From an uncultured Eubacteriales bacterium (GTDB lineage Bacteria > Bacillota > Clostridia > Oscillospirales > Acutalibacteraceae), in NCBI GenBank assembly GCA_934667845.1, contig CAKUMQ010000009.1, positions 1,369-65,368 on the forward strand: a DNA stretch of 64,000 bases, read 5' to 3'. A program made the translations under genes and the position numbers. The notes beneath the pieces were generated by a model. The model had not been told where the DNA came from and made no database searches. It was given only the letters and a program-made list of their open reading frames with translations. Shown here piece by piece: positions 61,353 through 64,000 of the stretch. Numbering within the stretch: the first letter of the stretch is position 1; every line of letters starts with the position of its first letter.

Positions 61353-62249
61353 TCAGTTTAACTCGCTCCAGTCGGTGATGGCGGCGGTGTAGATCTTCTG
61401 CACCTGTTCAGCCGTCAGTCCGTCGAGCGGATTACTCTGGTTGACGATGACCGCGATGCCGTCGAGGGCGATGACCTGCGGGACCAGTCCCGCCTCTTTT
61501 TCGCTGTCCTTGAGATCGCGGGACGCCATGCCGATATCGCTGATGCCGTTTTTCACATCGTTGAGGCCGGTCGTGGAATCGCTCTGCTGCAGTTTGATAT
61601 CCACATCGGGGTTGAGCACCTTATAGGCCTCGACCAGCTTTTCCATCACGGGGTAGACCGAGGTGGAGCCGGAGATCTTCAGGGTGCCGGTCTGGTTCGA
61701 CGCGGTGTAGGCGTCACCTGCGCCCTCGGAGATGTAGCCCTTGTCCTCGACCACTTTCTGTCCGTCGGGGCTTTTCACATAGGCGAGGAAATCGGCGGCG
61801 AGACCGGTCGCATCGCCCTTGGTGGCGACATGGAACGGACGCGACACCTTGTAGCTGCCGTCCTTGACACCGGCAGCGGAGGGGGCGACACCGTCGATCT
61901 TCAGCGCCTTGACCTCTTTGCTCAGCGCGCCGAGCGAGACATAGCCGATGGCTTTTTTGTTGCCGGCGACCGAGGTGGACATGGCGGAGGTGGAGTTGAC
62001 GATCTCTGCCGTTTTCACGGTCTGATCGACCTTGTTGCCGTCGGCGTCCTTCACCTCGATGCCGAACAGCTCGATAAACGCGCCGCGGGTGCCGGAGCCT
62101 TCCTCACGGGACAGCACGGTGATCTGTCCCGACAGGGCGGCGGAGTCGCCGCCGGACGTTTCCGGGTCCTTGCCGCCCGAGCAGCCGAACAGCATGGCCG
62201 CACTGAGCAGAGCGGCGGCGGTCAGTGCCGCCATACGAATTCCTTTCAT
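61353..62249 (-). CDS. pstS: Phosphate-binding lipoprotein PstS
   Basis: 298 aa. The lipobox is MLFGCSGG. The body is PBP-like (SREEGSGTRGAF, GSTSVYPVMEKL). Confidence 0.9.
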   Translation of the reverse strand: MKGIRMAALTAAALLSAAMLFGCSGGKDPETSGGDSAALSGQITVLSREEGSGTRGAFIELFGIEVKDADGNKVDQTVKTAEIVNSTSAMSTSVAGNKKAIGYVSLGALSKEVKALKIDGVAPSAAGVKDGSYKVSRPFHVATKGDATGLAADFLAYVKSPDGQKVVEDKGYISEGAGDAYTASNQTGTLKISGSTSVYPVMEKLVEAYKVLNPDVDIKLQQSDSTTGLNDVKNGISDIGMASRDLKDSEKEAGLVPQVIALDGIAVIVNQSNPLDGLTAEQVQKIYTAAITDWSELN

Positions 62250-62301
62250 GAAAAAACACTCCTTTTCGATTTCGTCTTATCTTTTTCCTTGGTACGCCAT
62301 A

Positions 62302-62360
62302 AGTATAGTATACCCGGTGTTAAGTCCGAAATCGCAGGAGTGTTAAATCTGAGTTAAATC
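62302..62360 (-). promoter_or_regulatory. pst promoter with Pho-box-like direct repeats
   Basis: The minus strand reads GATTTAACtcaGATTTAACactcctgcGATTTCGGacTTAACAccgggTATACT. TTAAC(A/T) repeats occur at about 11-bp phasing upstream of a TATACT -10. Confidence 0.55.
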
Positions 62361-63891
62361 ATTCGCGGGCGTAGAGATAATAGGTGTTGAGCTGCCCCTC
62401 ATAGGGGAAAGCCGCCGTGTCGACCAGCCGGTAGCGCGGAAAATACACGCGGCGGTTCCGCGTGACGAGGAATGCGGCGTCGCCGTTCTGTGCGGCTTCC
62501 TGCTGGGCGGTGTGCATGTCCGGAAACGGCAGGTTCATCGTGCCGAAATAGCGGCAGACCGGCACCGCGCCCGCCGCGGTGTAAAAGCCGCCGTCCGGAA
62601 AGCCGTAGTTGAGCAGTGTGCGCTCCTCCGACCGGGCAATGACGGCGGCGAAGCGGTATTGCGGCAGCTCACTGCGCGTATAGCCGCGCATATCCGCGTT
62701 TGGCGCGGTAAACCACAGCGCCGCCAGCGGCAGGAGGAGGACAAGCACCGCCGCGGCGGCTGCGGCAGGCTTTTTCGCGGGGAAAACGGCGCGCACCGGC
62801 GCACGCAGCGCCGCAAAGCCGAATACGGCAAACAGGGCAAACGGCAGCGCGTAATAGGCGTAATGCCGTCCGCCGCCGTAGACGGTCAGCAGCAGACCGA
62901 AAAAGGCGAAAAGCAAATGGTAAACGGCACGGCTCTTTTCAAACAGGCACAGAAACGCGCCGCCGAACAGAATGAGCGGGAAGGTCAGCGGGTCGCGGGG
63001 CAGCGCGGCAGACAGTCCGTCGATCAGGCGGGTAAAGATCACCTCGGGGAGAAAACCCGCCGTGTCGGAGGGGTATAAAAAGAGGTTGTCATATAAATAG
63101 ACCCTCAGGCAGTCGGACAGCGCGCCGCCGGCGGCGAGCCAGAGAAACAGCAGGAGCGTTACGATCAGCAGCCCGCCGAGCGCCCCCGCGGCACCCAAAA
63201 GGAGCGCGCGCCCCTTTCGGCGGCGGATCCCGAGCGCGATCGGCACCGGCAAAAGCCCCATAAACAGCCCGAGCAGGGAAAACTTGATCCACAGCACCGC
63301 CCCGGCGCAAAGCCCGATCAGCAGACAGTCGCGCACGGGCGGGATATTCCCCGCGCGGACGGTGCGCAGCGACAGATACAGCGGGTATATGAGCAGCGGC
63401 AGGCAAAGCTCCTCGGCGCTGTCGCCGTGGCAAAACGAGCCGCAGCCGTAGACGACGGCGGCGAGCAGGGGCAGCGCAAGCGCCATGCGTCTCCCGCCGT
63501 AAAGGCGAAGCAGACAGAGCGCCGCATACAGAAATGCCGCCGCCGCGGCGATCTCGAGCAGATATACCCCGAAAAAGCCGGTGGCATCCAGCGCGGCGGC
63601 AGGGGCGTGGAGCAGGTATAAAAGAGGCCCCTTGTGGTCGATGAGGTCACGGTAGGGCATCCGCCCGCGCAGAATGCCGCGCCCGATGGTCAGATAGCAG
63701 TTGGCGTCCACCCAGTCGTTGAACGGATAGAGCGGCGAGGATTTGGAGCAGAGCGTAATTGCGGCGGCGGCGATCAGCAGGCAGAAAACCGCCGCGCTGC
63801 CGCTTCGGCGCAGCGGCGTCGGGGCGGGCGGCTGCAGCCGGTCTAAACGGTCCGAAAGCCGCGCGGCAAACGGGCGCTTCGGGATAGCCAC
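62359..63891 (-). CDS. Polytopic membrane glycosyltransferase, GT39/ArnT (PMT_2)-like
   Basis: 510 aa with at least 10 TM segments. The first extracytoplasmic loop is YPFNDWVDANCYLTIGRGILRGRMPYRDLIDHKGPLLY. The C-terminal domain is soluble. The start is GTG, 10 nt after GGAGG. Confidence 0.65.
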   Translation of the reverse strand: MAIPKRPFAARLSDRLDRLQPPAPTPLRRSGSAAVFCLLIAAAAITLCSKSSPLYPFNDWVDANCYLTIGRGILRGRMPYRDLIDHKGPLLYLLHAPAAALDATGFFGVYLLEIAAAAAFLYAALCLLRLYGGRRMALALPLLAAVVYGCGSFCHGDSAEELCLPLLIYPLYLSLRTVRAGNIPPVRDCLLIGLCAGAVLWIKFSLLGLFMGLLPVPIALGIRRRKGRALLLGAAGALGGLLIVTLLLFLWLAAGGALSDCLRVYLYDNLFLYPSDTAGFLPEVIFTRLIDGLSAALPRDPLTFPLILFGGAFLCLFEKSRAVYHLLFAFFGLLLTVYGGGRHYAYYALPFALFAVFGFAALRAPVRAVFPAKKPAAAAAAVLVLLLPLAALWFTAPNADMRGYTRSELPQYRFAAVIARSEERTLLNYGFPDGGFYTAAGAVPVCRYFGTMNLPFPDMHTAQQEAAQNGDAAFLVTRNRRVYFPRYRLVDTAAFPYEGQLNTYYLYARE

Positions 63892-63952
63892 GATGCCGTC
63901 GCCTCCTTTCTATAATAATATGTATAAGATATACGGCAGGGAATACCGTCCC

Positions 63953-63981
63953 ATTATACCCGCTTTGCCCGAAAATGTCCA
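63953..63981 (-). promoter_or_regulatory. Sigma-A promoter for the GT39-like gene
   Basis: The minus strand reads TGGACA (63981-63976), 17 nt spacer, TATAAT (63958-63953). Confidence 0.45.
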
Positions 63982-64000
63982 TGGGGGTTTTGTCGTTTTC

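Noticed and set aside
1-64000. Mobile elements, prophage, defence islands, CRISPR arrays, tRNA or rRNA genes.
   Set aside because: I recognised no transposase, integrase, recombinase, restriction, Cas or toxin-antitoxin signatures in any credible ORF. No intergenic region has tRNA-like cloverleaf ends or rRNA-like sequence. I saw no long terminal inverted or direct repeats flanking the glycan island.

Overview
High-GC Firmicutes-type chromosome. I infer a Clostridia/Oscillospiraceae-like gut anaerobe from the [FeFe] hydrogenase, lipoprotein and sortase signals, sigma-A promoters and GC3-rich codons. I support 41 protein-coding genes and found no rRNA, tRNA, CRISPR, transposase, integrase or phage genes. 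Left to right: trkA-trkH K+ uptake (minus strand). An orphan repeat lipoprotein. mgtC plus a GH38 alpha-mannosidase. A roughly 25 kb glycan-utilisation island (9.2-35.4 kb), which contains a GH55-like tandem beta-helix lipoprotein, a 1672-aa wall-anchored multi-module protein, two solute-binding proteins, two ABC permease pairs with no ATPase, an NHL-TPR-Yip1 membrane protein, an 867-aa lipoprotein of unknown function, AraR-type and AraC-type regulators, and a tandem SGNH esterase. Then a hydB-hydA [FeFe] hydrogenase pair and a second GH38. Housekeeping genes follow: alaX-like, rmuC, a YtrA-ABC operon, a GT28 glycolipid synthase, polA, a MocR regulator plus ECF S-component. Last come a complete pstSCAB-phoU-HD-phoBR phosphate operon and a GT39-like membrane glycosyltransferase. 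The best candidate for an undescribed system is the cassette at 18.9-30.2 kb, where the NHL-Yip1 protein and the large lipoprotein are translationally coupled between ABC permease pairs. Other items worth follow-up are the RTX-like repeat lipoprotein, the giant surface protein, a TSCSPGW H-cluster motif in HydA, the absent hydC, and several intergenic repeats and palindromes. Many long ORFs in the supplied track are antisense artefacts of GC3-rich coding and are rejected. All calls come from reading motifs by eye; no database search was possible.
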